From positions 48,718 to 112,717 of the forward strand of contig JARGNP010000002.1 in NCBI GenBank assembly GCA_029210265.1: DNA of 64,000 bases, written 5' to 3'. Source of the stretch: Legionellaceae bacterium (lineage in GTDB: Bacteria > Pseudomonadota > Gammaproteobacteria > Legionellales > Legionellaceae). The notes below the pieces were generated by a model. It was not told where the DNA came from, made no database searches, and saw only the letters and a list, made by a program, of their open reading frames with translations. This document shows, in pieces, positions 40,091-49,934 of this stretch (position 1 is the first letter of the stretch; the number at the start of each line of letters is the position of its first letter). The translations under genes were made by a program, and so were the position numbers.

Positions 40091-40645
40091 ATGAATAAAC
40101 TTATTATTCTTGATCGAGATGGCGTGATTAATCAGGATTCGCTGCAATATATTAAATCGCCGGATGAATTTTTATTTTTGCCGGGGAGTATTCAAGCCAT
40201 CGTACGCCTGAATCAGGCTGGTTACACCGTGGCCATCGCGACCAATCAATCGGGTATTTCGCGCGGCTTGTATGATGAACGTATACTAGCCGCCATTCAT
40301 GAAAAAATGGTTCGGCATGTTGAAGCGGCTGGAGGTGATATTGCGCTGATTAAGCATTGCCCCCATATGCCCGATGCAGGCTGTATTTGTCGAAAACCTC
40401 AGCCAGGTTTGTTACATATGATTTCTAAGCAGTTAGGACAGAGCCTCGAGCATGTTATCATGGTCGGTGATCGCATTACGGATATCTTGACGGCAAAATC
40501 GGTGGATGTTCGTCCCATGGTTGTATTATCGCCAATGACCAATTTAACGCAACTCGAAAATTTTCCTGACGTGCCAAAATTTGAATCACTTGCAGATTGC
40601 GTTGATGAAATCTTGATGCCTGTATGTCAAACGTCCGAAGCCTAA
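40091..40645 (+). CDS. gmhB: D-glycero-beta-D-manno-heptose-1,7-bisphosphate 7-phosphatase (HAD-IIIA)
   Basis: ILDRDGVIN (DxDG motif), TNQSGI, CxC-type CICRKPQPG and VGDRITD. Confidence 0.8.
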   Translation: MNKLIILDRDGVINQDSLQYIKSPDEFLFLPGSIQAIVRLNQAGYTVAIATNQSGISRGLYDERILAAIHEKMVRHVEAAGGDIALIKHCPHMPDAGCICRKPQPGLLHMISKQLGQSLEHVIMVGDRITDILTAKSVDVRPMVVLSPMTNLTQLENFPDVPKFESLADCVDEILMPVCQTSEA

Positions 40646-41355
40646 GCTATACGACCGAAGCATTACGTGAACAAGCGCAAGTTTGGGCTGAACAACTCGG
40701 ACTGCATCTTGAGCTTTCATCAAATCATCAGCTTCTACCATGCCTTGAGCTAAGTTCATTAGGGCTTGCATTGCGCATGCCAAATTGTTCGCCTATGCGT
40801 GTTGATTTCCAAGATATTATTGAAAAACGATGTCGGCCTGGCGTAAAAAAAACAGGAATCTTGCGTGCCTGTAAATTAAAGCCAGGTATGCGCGTGATAG
40901 ACGCAACGGCAGGTTGGGGGAGAGATGCGGCTGTTCTTGCATCATCGGGAGCAGAGGTGCTTATGCTTGAGCGAGAGCCCGTACTCGCGGCGTTGCTTCA
41001 AGACGGTTTAATGCGCCTGGACGCGATGCAAAGCATAGCTCTAGATTTAGAATTGTGTGCGGAAGATGCGCGAAGCTATCTCAGCTCACTTACACGAGAA
41101 AATTATCCGGATATTATTTATTTAGATCCCATGCATCCTGCACGAGAAAAAAGTGCAAAAGTTAAAAAAGATTTATATGCGCTGCAAGCATTGCTCGGTG
41201 CCGATGATGATGCGTTGAGCCTGCTCGAAATAGCACGCACGCGAACACGAGGCCGTGTAGTGGTCAAATGGCCTGCTCGTCTTCCAGCATTGCTTAAACC
41301 CGATTATGCGGTCGAAGGGAAAACCGTGCGGTTTGATGTCTATCTTGCTGTTTAA
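40624..41355 (+). CDS. rsmJ: 16S rRNA (guanine1516-N2)-methyltransferase RsmJ-like
   Basis: VIDATAGWGRDAAVLAS (compare DATAGLGRDA of RsmJ/YhiQ), DIIYLDPM and KVKKDL. 243 aa. Confidence 0.75.
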   Translation: MSNVRSLSYTTEALREQAQVWAEQLGLHLELSSNHQLLPCLELSSLGLALRMPNCSPMRVDFQDIIEKRCRPGVKKTGILRACKLKPGMRVIDATAGWGRDAAVLASSGAEVLMLEREPVLAALLQDGLMRLDAMQSIALDLELCAEDARSYLSSLTRENYPDIIYLDPMHPAREKSAKVKKDLYALQALLGADDDALSLLEIARTRTRGRVVVKWPARLPALLKPDYAVEGKTVRFDVYLAV

Positions 41356-43184
41356 ATATGAGTGTTTACTTGAGCTGAGTATGCAAGACTAAACGTTTCT
41401 TCATCAGCACCGTCAATATGATCACTGTTTAACGATACAGTGATCGTGACCCATCGGTCTAGATCATCACGGTTGCAGTGCATGACATCTTGTGTTCGAT
41501 GGCAATTGGCCACCTGATGAACCGAGTCAATCTTACTCTTATCAATATCAATAAGCTGATGCGTGTTTTTGTCATGTAGCTTAAGTTCCAGCGGTGTTAA
41601 CGACCATTCACGGCCATCTTTTTCATGCCCTACGCGGCGTTCATGGACCAGCGTTACTTTGCCGCCTACAGGTAAATAAACCTCAAAAGATAGGGTTGGC
41701 TTCGTACTTGATAAGCTGAGAGATAGTAAATTATTACGCTCATGAAATGCTTTATCCATATTTAGATACCCCCAACCATAGGTTGGGTTCCACATAGAGC
41801 CATCGACTTGATGATGAGTTATTTCTTGCTTGTCAGGATCGGCAACAGGGACGGCGCCATCATCCCAAGCATCTGCGCTATTAATTAATAAGGCTTTGAT
41901 GGCTTTAGGATCAATAATGCCAGCAGATTTAAGCAGTAAGACTGAAGCACCTACGTGAGGCGTTGCTGAACTTGTTCCCCCCATCAATCGATAACCATGT
42001 TGATAATCCATCAAAGAAGAATAGTGAATGTAGTTATAGACCGATGGATCGGGTGCGCATGTGCGTGTTTTATTACCAGGTGCTGCAATATCAGGCTTTT
42101 TACGACCAATTTTGGTGGGGCCACGGCTACTTGAGTTCATGATTTGGTGAAAAAAACGTGATGGTGTATTCTGCACTAATAAACCTAAAGCATAATTCAT
42201 GTTGGCAACGGTAAGACCGTTATAATTATCGGCAGGTATGGTTAGTTTTGAGGTATACGGAGCTTGATACGAGGGCTCACCCCAGCCTTGATTGCCTGCC
42301 GATTTAACCCACAAAATATGTTGCTTATTAATCACATAGTCAACAATTTTAGATATACCACTCCAGTCAGGGCAATCAGGACACGTACTTGCGCCATGTC
42401 CAAAACTATAATTAATAATATCAGGTTTTTTCGGTGCACGATGAAGTAACCAATCCAGCGAATTAAACGTTAAGAACATGCCTAGTTCATCACTGCTTTC
42501 AGAAGCAAAATCACCAGCCAAAGCCATCTCGATTGTTTCCGCTTGTGAAGCTATACCTTTTTCTTGCTCAAACAAAGGCGATCCGATACCTGCATAAATG
42601 CATGCAATACCCGTTCCATGAGCTGTTCTGACGCCATGAATATAATGATCGTAAAATGAACCTGGCTCTTGACGAATATGTATTGTTTTGCCTCGAAGGC
42701 CCATATGTTCACGAGCAATGCCGCTATCTAAAAGTCCCACAGTTTGATTTTCACCGGAATAACCATGCGCGTACCAGTTGGATATGTTTGGATAATCTGC
42801 CGATGGTTCGAGTAAAATAGACTGCGAAGTAACCTGCGACTCTTCCTTTCCAGTAGGTTTTAGGCTCAATCGAGCTACCCCAGAAAATTGAGAAACTTCA
42901 CGAAGCAATGCTTCATTGGGTTGGATGCTGATAAGAAATGCTGGCATAAATCCTAATCGTTGATATTTGATGCTCGTGATTTTTTTTAGGCGGTGTTCGA
43001 TAGAGCTCATTTCATCCGCTGAAATGGCAAAAACAATGATAGATAGTGCGTTAATTTGAGTGGTATGGAGTCTATTGTGTGATGTTTTAAGTGAATGAAG
43101 GGCTGTGATGATGTTGTCATCGAGAACACTGGGAATACTAGGGTTAGAAACAAAGAGCAAAACAATGAGCATAAGCTTTTTCAT
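41352..43184 (-). CDS. Secreted subtilisin-like serine protease (peptidase S8) with N-terminal propeptide-like and C-terminal extension domains
   Basis: Signal peptide MKKLMLIVLLFVS. Catalytic motifs GLLDSGIA (Asp), HGTGIACIYAG (His) and GGTSSATPHVGAS (Ser). Its stop overlaps the rsmJ stop (convergent). Confidence 0.8.
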   Translation of the reverse strand: MKKLMLIVLLFVSNPSIPSVLDDNIITALHSLKTSHNRLHTTQINALSIIVFAISADEMSSIEHRLKKITSIKYQRLGFMPAFLISIQPNEALLREVSQFSGVARLSLKPTGKEESQVTSQSILLEPSADYPNISNWYAHGYSGENQTVGLLDSGIAREHMGLRGKTIHIRQEPGSFYDHYIHGVRTAHGTGIACIYAGIGSPLFEQEKGIASQAETIEMALAGDFASESSDELGMFLTFNSLDWLLHRAPKKPDIINYSFGHGASTCPDCPDWSGISKIVDYVINKQHILWVKSAGNQGWGEPSYQAPYTSKLTIPADNYNGLTVANMNYALGLLVQNTPSRFFHQIMNSSSRGPTKIGRKKPDIAAPGNKTRTCAPDPSVYNYIHYSSLMDYQHGYRLMGGTSSATPHVGASVLLLKSAGIIDPKAIKALLINSADAWDDGAVPVADPDKQEITHHQVDGSMWNPTYGWGYLNMDKAFHERNNLLSLSLSSTKPTLSFEVYLPVGGKVTLVHERRVGHEKDGREWSLTPLELKLHDKNTHQLIDIDKSKIDSVHQVANCHRTQDVMHCNRDDLDRWVTITVSLNSDHIDGADEETFSLAYSAQVNTHI

Positions 43185-43352
43185 AAAATATGTGATCCAA
43201 TCAATAAATTCATATCATGTATTCGATTGATTCTATCAGGTCACCTGTTGATAAAGTACTGATCGCATCACTTGATTGGTATATATATTGTTTTTTTGTT
43301 CTGTTTTTTGTATGGTTATTGAGTAATTTTATTCACACAAGGGATGTGTTTG

Positions 43353-44135
43353 ATGATTTATTCAACAAAAAAAAACAAAAAACATCTTGCCGTATCTTCG
43401 GTACTGTTCGCACTTTTAGGGCTTTATTGTCAGAACGTTTTGTCTACACCTGTGAGTATAGATAATGTCAAAGATACTCTAAAAAAAGGTCATCTTGCAT
43501 TGCAGGCAGGAGGATTCTGGAGTGACGCAGGTCGCGAACAGTTTATTGAAATTAATGACATGATAGGGGATCGCTATACTTTATCAAAAAGCAATAAGAG
43601 CAATGGATTGTTTGGTGTGGGGTATTTCTTCGATGGCCAAGTGAGAGATCAATATAGTTTGAGTTATGGGCTTAACGCATTTTATCTAGCTAAAACGTCT
43701 GTTTCAGGTTCGATCTTTCAAGAAAATGAATTTGAAAATTTAACGTACGCTTATAATATAACGAATTTTCCGCTTTATGCTGTTGCAAAATCTATGATAA
43801 ATATACCTTCGGTTGCTCCTCAGTTGAGCGTCGATGTGGGTATTGGTCCTAATTTTATGCGTACCACGTCTTTTAGGGAGCAAAATACTCCAGGTGGCAC
43901 TGCGGTTTCAGTTCCTAATGATTTTTTTGCAAACAAAACTACAACAGTATTTAGTGCCACGGCAGGTGCCAGTCTGAATTTTGATCATGTTTTTGGCGAT
44001 GCACCGCTTGAATGCGGTTATCAGTTCTTTTATTTAGGTCAGGGCAGTTTTAATGTTGTTAATGATCAAGTGAAAAACACGCTGAAAACAGGAACGGTTT
44101 ATGCCAATGCCGTCATGTGTTCAATTGTAATTTAA
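43353..44135 (+). CDS. Putative outer-membrane beta-barrel protein (signal peptide, alternating-pattern strands)
   Basis: Signal-like N-terminus KKHLAVSSVLFALLGLYCQNVLS. Aromatic/Gly-rich amphipathic segments (GLFGVGYFFDG, SLSYGLNAFYLA, ECGYQFFYLGQG). No family recognised. Confidence 0.45.
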   Translation: MIYSTKKNKKHLAVSSVLFALLGLYCQNVLSTPVSIDNVKDTLKKGHLALQAGGFWSDAGREQFIEINDMIGDRYTLSKSNKSNGLFGVGYFFDGQVRDQYSLSYGLNAFYLAKTSVSGSIFQENEFENLTYAYNITNFPLYAVAKSMINIPSVAPQLSVDVGIGPNFMRTTSFREQNTPGGTAVSVPNDFFANKTTTVFSATAGASLNFDHVFGDAPLECGYQFFYLGQGSFNVVNDQVKNTLKTGTVYANAVMCSIVI

Positions 44136-44163
44136 TACACGCTAACCAAACAAAGGATTCAAT

Positions 44164-45699
44164 ATGAAACGGATGTTACCTAGAATAAAGTTAGTGGTCG
44201 TGATAGCACTTTTGCTGTGTGCATGGGGAGCTCAGGCCGCGCACCCGCTTCTTAGGGCTGTTTTTCAGAGTTCACCCAGAGCAGGCAGCGTTTTATCTAT
44301 TGCGCCAAGCATACCAGGCCGTGCCTATCCTTATGCGGGAATAAAATTTCTGGACTCAAGAGATACGGTTCCTGGGTGTAATTTAAATCCAAAAAATGGT
44401 TATTGTATGTTTTCTCTTAATGGGCAGGGTGCGACCAAGTTACCGGTTCTGCCCCACACGTTTACGCGTAATTCAGGAAAAATGCATTTTGACTTGGCTT
44501 TGAATGCTGCGGGCAATAAACCCGTATCAACACAAAGGTATAGCACGTCGTCAGCACCCGGCCGAGTGATTGGGTATGTGTATGGATGGGAAGATGCGCT
44601 TCCAGCAGCTGATCTTGCAGCCGCAGGTTATACGCATATTCTCATTGCTTTTGGTGTTTTTACAGAGACCGGTGGAAGCGTAAGTCTGGGGGCTTTAAGT
44701 GGCAATGGTTATGATCCAGGTAGTTCTCAAGCTCCATATGATAGTGATTTGTATGCTTATATTGAAACGCTTCATGAGGCGGGTATCAAAGTTTTACTTT
44801 CAATAGGTGGTGCATCAACCAATATTCCTGATACGACCGTGAGTTTATACACTGCTGAATTTGGCGTTGGAACTTCACCGAATTATGATCCAGCACAATT
44901 CCAAGGGAATTTTACTGCGGCATTGAAGACGTTGTCCGATGGGTATGGTTTTGATGGGTTTGATTTTGATATTGAGTCGGGTGTTTCTGCGGCAAACTAC
45001 TACAGTGATCCCGCAAAAGATTTTGCGGATCCAGGTGCAGGCTGTACTTTGACTGATCCGCTCTCATCACCATGTACATCTTATTATTTGATCAGCATTA
45101 TCAATGACTTATATCAGAATTATTTTGCGTATTCGGGTGACCGGTTTTTGATTTCGTTAACACCACAATTGCCTCAAATATCAGCCACATCAACGTATGA
45201 CGAAATTTTTGGATTGTATTCAGCCATTGTGATGCAAACCTACAGTTCGCTTGAGTGGGTTGCATGGCAAAATTACAATTCTGGCTGTGCTTTTGGTATT
45301 GATGGGGTGTGTTATCCTGTTGATGGTACGACACTGACGTCATCACCTGATTCAGCGGTTGCCTTTGCAACAACGTTGTTAGCCGATTGGCCTCAAGGCG
45401 CTCCAGGAAATTTCTTACCTTACACGAGTCATTTAACGCCTTCACAAGTGGCGATAGGTTATTTGGTTCCGAACTCATCGGGGGCGGTTGATGGTCAGGG
45501 GCCTGCTGTTGATACAACCGTTGCTAAGCAGGCTATCCAGTGTTTACGTGATAATACAAGTTGTGACACGTATGTACCTCCAGCGACGTATCCTGATATA
45601 GGGGGCGTGTTTGGTTGGACCGCAAATTATGATGCGACAACGGGATATCAATTTGCCAAGGCTTTATATCCGTGTGTGGTTGGAGGAGATTGTAGTTAA
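44164..45699 (+). CDS. Secreted glycoside hydrolase family 18 protein (class III chitinase-like) with an unknown about 130-aa N-terminal domain
   Basis: Signal peptide ending AQA|A. GFDGFDFDIESG contains the GH18 DxxDxDxE catalytic motif. THILIAFGVF and KVLLSIGGAS are the usual beta-strand blocks. Confidence 0.75.
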   Translation: MKRMLPRIKLVVVIALLLCAWGAQAAHPLLRAVFQSSPRAGSVLSIAPSIPGRAYPYAGIKFLDSRDTVPGCNLNPKNGYCMFSLNGQGATKLPVLPHTFTRNSGKMHFDLALNAAGNKPVSTQRYSTSSAPGRVIGYVYGWEDALPAADLAAAGYTHILIAFGVFTETGGSVSLGALSGNGYDPGSSQAPYDSDLYAYIETLHEAGIKVLLSIGGASTNIPDTTVSLYTAEFGVGTSPNYDPAQFQGNFTAALKTLSDGYGFDGFDFDIESGVSAANYYSDPAKDFADPGAGCTLTDPLSSPCTSYYLISIINDLYQNYFAYSGDRFLISLTPQLPQISATSTYDEIFGLYSAIVMQTYSSLEWVAWQNYNSGCAFGIDGVCYPVDGTTLTSSPDSAVAFATTLLADWPQGAPGNFLPYTSHLTPSQVAIGYLVPNSSGAVDGQGPAVDTTVAKQAIQCLRDNTSCDTYVPPATYPDIGGVFGWTANYDATTGYQFAKALYPCVVGGDCS

Positions 45700-45728
45700 T
45701 TTTAGTGGATAGACATATGTATAAAAAA

Positions 45729-45766
45729 AGCCACTCAAGTCACAAGGAATTTGAGTGGCTTTTTTA
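45729..45766. terminator. Bidirectional rho-independent terminator between the GH18 gene and trxB
   Basis: Perfect 10-bp stem agccactcaa (45729-45738) / ttgagtggct (45751-45760), flanked by an A7 run upstream and a T6 run downstream. Confidence 0.75.
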
Positions 45767-45787
45767 TTTGATTCTTTTTTTGTTAAT

Positions 45788-46744
<957 letters not shown>

Positions 46745-46818
46745 CTAGCGATTTATTAAGCGGTTTATTATGTTAATATCGGTCATGGTATGACAATTTG
46801 AAAAGCTTTAAAATACTT

Positions 46819-49320
46819 ATGGATAAACAACAAACGGATCATGCACCTCTTTCTTTAGAAGCCTCTTCATTTCCGCTGTGGTTAAGGCGGCTGTGTGAGG
46901 GCGGATTTATTTTGATTTTTACAGCCGCATTGTTTGTGTTTCTTGCACTTGCGACGTATCAAACACGCGACCCTGGCTGGTTTCATACGACAAAGGCAAG
47001 TCTTGTTGTAGGAAATGCGGGTGGGCGAGTTGGCGCTTATACAGCAGATTTTTTATATGCAATTTTTGGATATGTTGCCTATGCGCTTCCGTTTAGCTTA
47101 GCTTTTTTATCGTGGGTTATTTTAAACGATCATCGAACGTTGGGTGTGGTTAGTAAGCCCATGCTTGTTTTGCGCAGCGTAGGTTTGGCCTTAGTTTTAA
47201 TTTCAGGATGTGGGCTGCTTGTATTTTGGGTCAGTGGGGGCGCGTTATTGCTTCATCAACCCGGTGGTATGCTGGGTCATGTGATCGCACAATTTTTTTA
47301 TCGAACATTAAATCCTGAGGGCGCTTTGTTATTGCTTTTGGCAATCTTTTTGGTGGGTGTGACTTGGTTGACAGGGCTTTCATGGGGGCATGTGATTGAG
47401 CGGCTTGGGCAATATGCATGGATGAGTTTACGATCGAGTCTAGCTTCGGCTCGTGTAGGCTTGCGTGCGGGAGTTAAATTTTTTGAGCGTCTGTCACAGA
47501 ATAAAAAGCAAATATCTAAGGAGCCAGCAGCGACGATAGCTCCTGTATTGCTTCGACCAAAACCAGCGGTAAAGAATACACAAAAAAAAGAACCTGTCAC
47601 ACCTCGGCGTAAGCTGATTTCAGATAAATTGAAGGTGCGAGCATTTACGAATACTAAGGTCGCTGAAACATCTTCTGGAATATCTAATATTTCTGGTGTT
47701 ACGGATGTTACAGAGATGACAGATGTTTTAAATATATCTGACATATCTGACATATCTGATATATCAGATATGTCAGAAATTCCTGATGGTTTGGGTATGC
47801 CTGATGAAGTAAAAGCTCCTGTGCTTGGAGGGTTACCTCCGTTAGATTTGTTAGCCATCGCAGCTGAAACATCGCAACATGTCGAAGGCTATTCTCATGA
47901 GGCGCTAGAAATGCTCTCACGTGATGTGGAGCAACATCTATTAGATTTTGGGGTTCAAGCGGATGTGGTTGCGGCTCATCCAGGTCCTGTGATTACGCGT
48001 TTTGAGCTGCAGCTCGCAGCAGGCGTTAAAGTGAGTAAGCTTTCAGCGCTTGCAAAAGATCTTGCGCGCTCGTTGTCTGTAACGAGTGTGCGTGTGGTTG
48101 AAATTATACCTGGAAAAACGGTCGTTGGGCTTGAGTTGCCTAACCCAAATCGTGCCATGGTGGTGTTATCAGAAGTCCTTACATCAGAGGTTTATCAACA
48201 AGCACATTCACCGTTGACGCTTGCTCTAGGTGTGGATATTGCAGGGCATCCTATGATTGTGGATTTGGCTAAAATGCCGCATTTATTAGTAGCAGGTACG
48301 ACGGGATCTGGAAAGTCCGTGGGGATTAACGCCATGATTTTGAGTTTGTTGTTTAAGTCGACGCCAGAGCAGGTGCGCTTGATTTTAATTGATCCTAAAA
48401 TGCTTGAGCTTTCGGTGTATGACGGTATTCCACATTTGTTAACGCCTGTTGTTGTAGATATGAAAGAGGCCGCAAGTGCACTGCGTTGGTGTGTGCAAGA
48501 GATGGAACGCCGGTATCGTTTGATGGCCGCGCTTGGCGTGCGTAATCTTGCAGGTTTTAATACTAAAGTAGATGAAGCTATAGCAGCAGGTAAGCCGTTG
48601 ACGGATCCGATATGGAAGCCCACACAGAGTATGGATGAGACGCCGCCTGAATTGAGTTCTTTGCCTTATATTGTTGTCGTGATTGATGAGCTGGCTGACA
48701 TGATGATGGTTGTAGGGAAAAAAGTAGAGCAGTTGATTGCGCGTATTGCTCAAAAAGCACGAGCAGCAGGCATACATCTTATTTTAGCAACACAGCGACC
48801 ATCGGTTGATGTGTTGACCGGATTGATCAAATCTAATATTCCGACACGTATTTCGTTTCAAGTGTCGTCTAAAATTGATTCTCGTACGATTTTAGATCAA
48901 CAAGGTGCCGATCAATTATTAGGTCATGGTGATATGTTATATCTTGCGCCAGGTACTGGCGCACCGTTGCGTGTGCATGGCGCATTTGTTGATGATCAGG
49001 AAGTGCATCGCGTTGCCGATGATTGGCGTACGCGAGGTGTGCCTGAATATATTGATGCTATCACAGATGATACAAACGACAGTGGTGAATCGGGCATGGG
49101 AGATGATGTTGAAGAAGCTGATGCGCTTTATGATGAAGCCGTTCAATTTGTTACGACCGCGCGAAAAGCAAGCACATCATCTGTTCAGCGACGTTTTAAA
49201 ATTGGCTATAATCGTGCAGCACGCTTGATCGATGAAATGGAGCGCGTCGGTATTATTGGGCCGATGGAGGGGGGGATGCGTGATGTGCTCGTACCATCGT
49301 CCGATGGAGAGTCGTTATGA
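46819..49320 (+). CDS. ftsK: DNA translocase FtsK
   Basis: N-terminal 4-TM domain, a low-complexity linker, the motor domain ([45 protein letters not shown]) and a gamma domain ([20 protein letters not shown]). The ORF-track TTG start at 46798 is 7 codons upstream. Confidence 0.9.
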   Translation: MDKQQTDHAPLSLEASSFPLWLRRLCEGGFILIFTAALFVFLALATYQTRDPGWFHTTKASLVVGNAGGRVGAYTADFLYAIFGYVAYALPFSLAFLSWVILNDHRTLGVVSKPMLVLRSVGLALVLISGCGLLVFWVSGGALLLHQPGGMLGHVIAQFFYRTLNPEGALLLLLAIFLVGVTWLTGLSWGHVIERLGQYAWMSLRSSLASARVGLRAGVKFFERLSQNKKQISKEPAATIAPVLLRPKPAVKNTQKKEPVTPRRKLISDKLKVRAFTNTKVAETSSGISNISGVTDVTEMTDVLNISDISDISDISDMSEIPDGLGMPDEVKAPVLGGLPPLDLLAIAAETSQHVEGYSHEALEMLSRDVEQHLLDFGVQADVVAAHPGPVITRFELQLAAGVKVSKLSALAKDLARSLSVTSVRVVEIIPGKTVVGLELPNPNRAMVVLSEVLTSEVYQQAHSPLTLALGVDIAGHPMIVDLAKMPHLLVAGTTGSGKSVGINAMILSLLFKSTPEQVRLILIDPKMLELSVYDGIPHLLTPVVVDMKEAASALRWCVQEMERRYRLMAALGVRNLAGFNTKVDEAIAAGKPLTDPIWKPTQSMDETPPELSSLPYIVVVIDELADMMMVVGKKVEQLIARIAQKARAAGIHLILATQRPSVDVLTGLIKSNIPTRISFQVSSKIDSRTILDQQGADQLLGHGDMLYLAPGTGAPLRVHGAFVDDQEVHRVADDWRTRGVPEYIDAITDDTNDSGESGMGDDVEEADALYDEAVQFVTTARKASTSSVQRRFKIGYNRAARLIDEMERVGIIGPMEGGMRDVLVPSSDGESL
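47734..47778 (+). repeat. Five tandem 9-bp units (atatctgac x2, atatctgat, atatcagat, atgtcagaa) in frame within the ftsK linker ([15 protein letters not shown])
   Basis: Read directly. A looser periodic region ([17 protein letters not shown]) extends upstream to about 47680. Confidence 0.85.
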
Positions 49321-49934
49321 AGCGCAGCCGAGTGGCTTTAGGTTTTGTTTGTTTTTTTATGCTTCAGAATGCGTATGCAGGTGAGGTAAGTGATATTTTA
49401 TGGGGTAAATTAAGCCATATACACGCAATGACAGCTTCTTTTTCACAGCAGATTTATGCAAAAAAACGATCACTTTCACAAAGCTCGGGTTCTATGGCTT
49501 TTGTGAGGCCCCGTCAATTTAGGTGGGAAACAAAAAAACCCTTGGAGCAGCTATTGATTGCAGATGGCCAAAAGATATGGATGTATGATGTTGATCTTGA
49601 GCAAGTGACGGTTAAGCCACAAACTGAATCGATGGGCGCTGCTGCCGGATTATTTTTAAGTGAGAATAAATCACATTTGGTATCTGATTTTTCTGTGGAA
49701 TCTGAACGTGATGGTAAGCTAGAAATTTTTAAGCTAAAAGCGCGTGGAAAACAAGCGAATATACAGCGTGTTATACTTCGCTTTGACGGTGATTATTTAG
49801 CGAGCATGGATTTATACGATCAATTAGGACAGCGCACGGTTGTACGCTTTGACAAGGCTAAAATGAACTTAGTATTGCCAGAGAATTTATTTCAATTTAC
49901 GCCTCCAGTAGGCGTTGATGTGGTGGAACAATGA
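49317..49934 (+). CDS. lolA: Outer-membrane lipoprotein carrier protein LolA
   Basis: Signal peptide followed by FSQ...[30 protein letters not shown], typical of LolA. It keeps the ftsK-lolA synteny of E. coli. Confidence 0.85.
   Translation: MKRSRVALGFVCFFMLQNAYAGEVSDILWGKLSHIHAMTASFSQQIYAKKRSLSQSSGSMAFVRPRQFRWETKKPLEQLLIADGQKIWMYDVDLEQVTVKPQTESMGAAAGLFLSENKSHLVSDFSVESERDGKLEIFKLKARGKQANIQRVILRFDGDYLASMDLYDQLGQRTVVRFDKAKMNLVLPENLFQFTPPVGVDVVEQ

Noticed and set aside
43217-43465. 82-aa ORF upstream of and overlapping the OMP candidate
   Set aside because: It lies in a different frame in the AT-rich promoter region. It overlaps the better-supported signal-peptide-bearing ORF starting at 43353.
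47298-47858. 186-aa ORF antisense to the ftsK linker
   Set aside because: It is a shadow ORF kept open by the low-complexity linker and the 9-bp repeat (it reads [14 protein letters not shown]). The ftsK frame is unambiguous.
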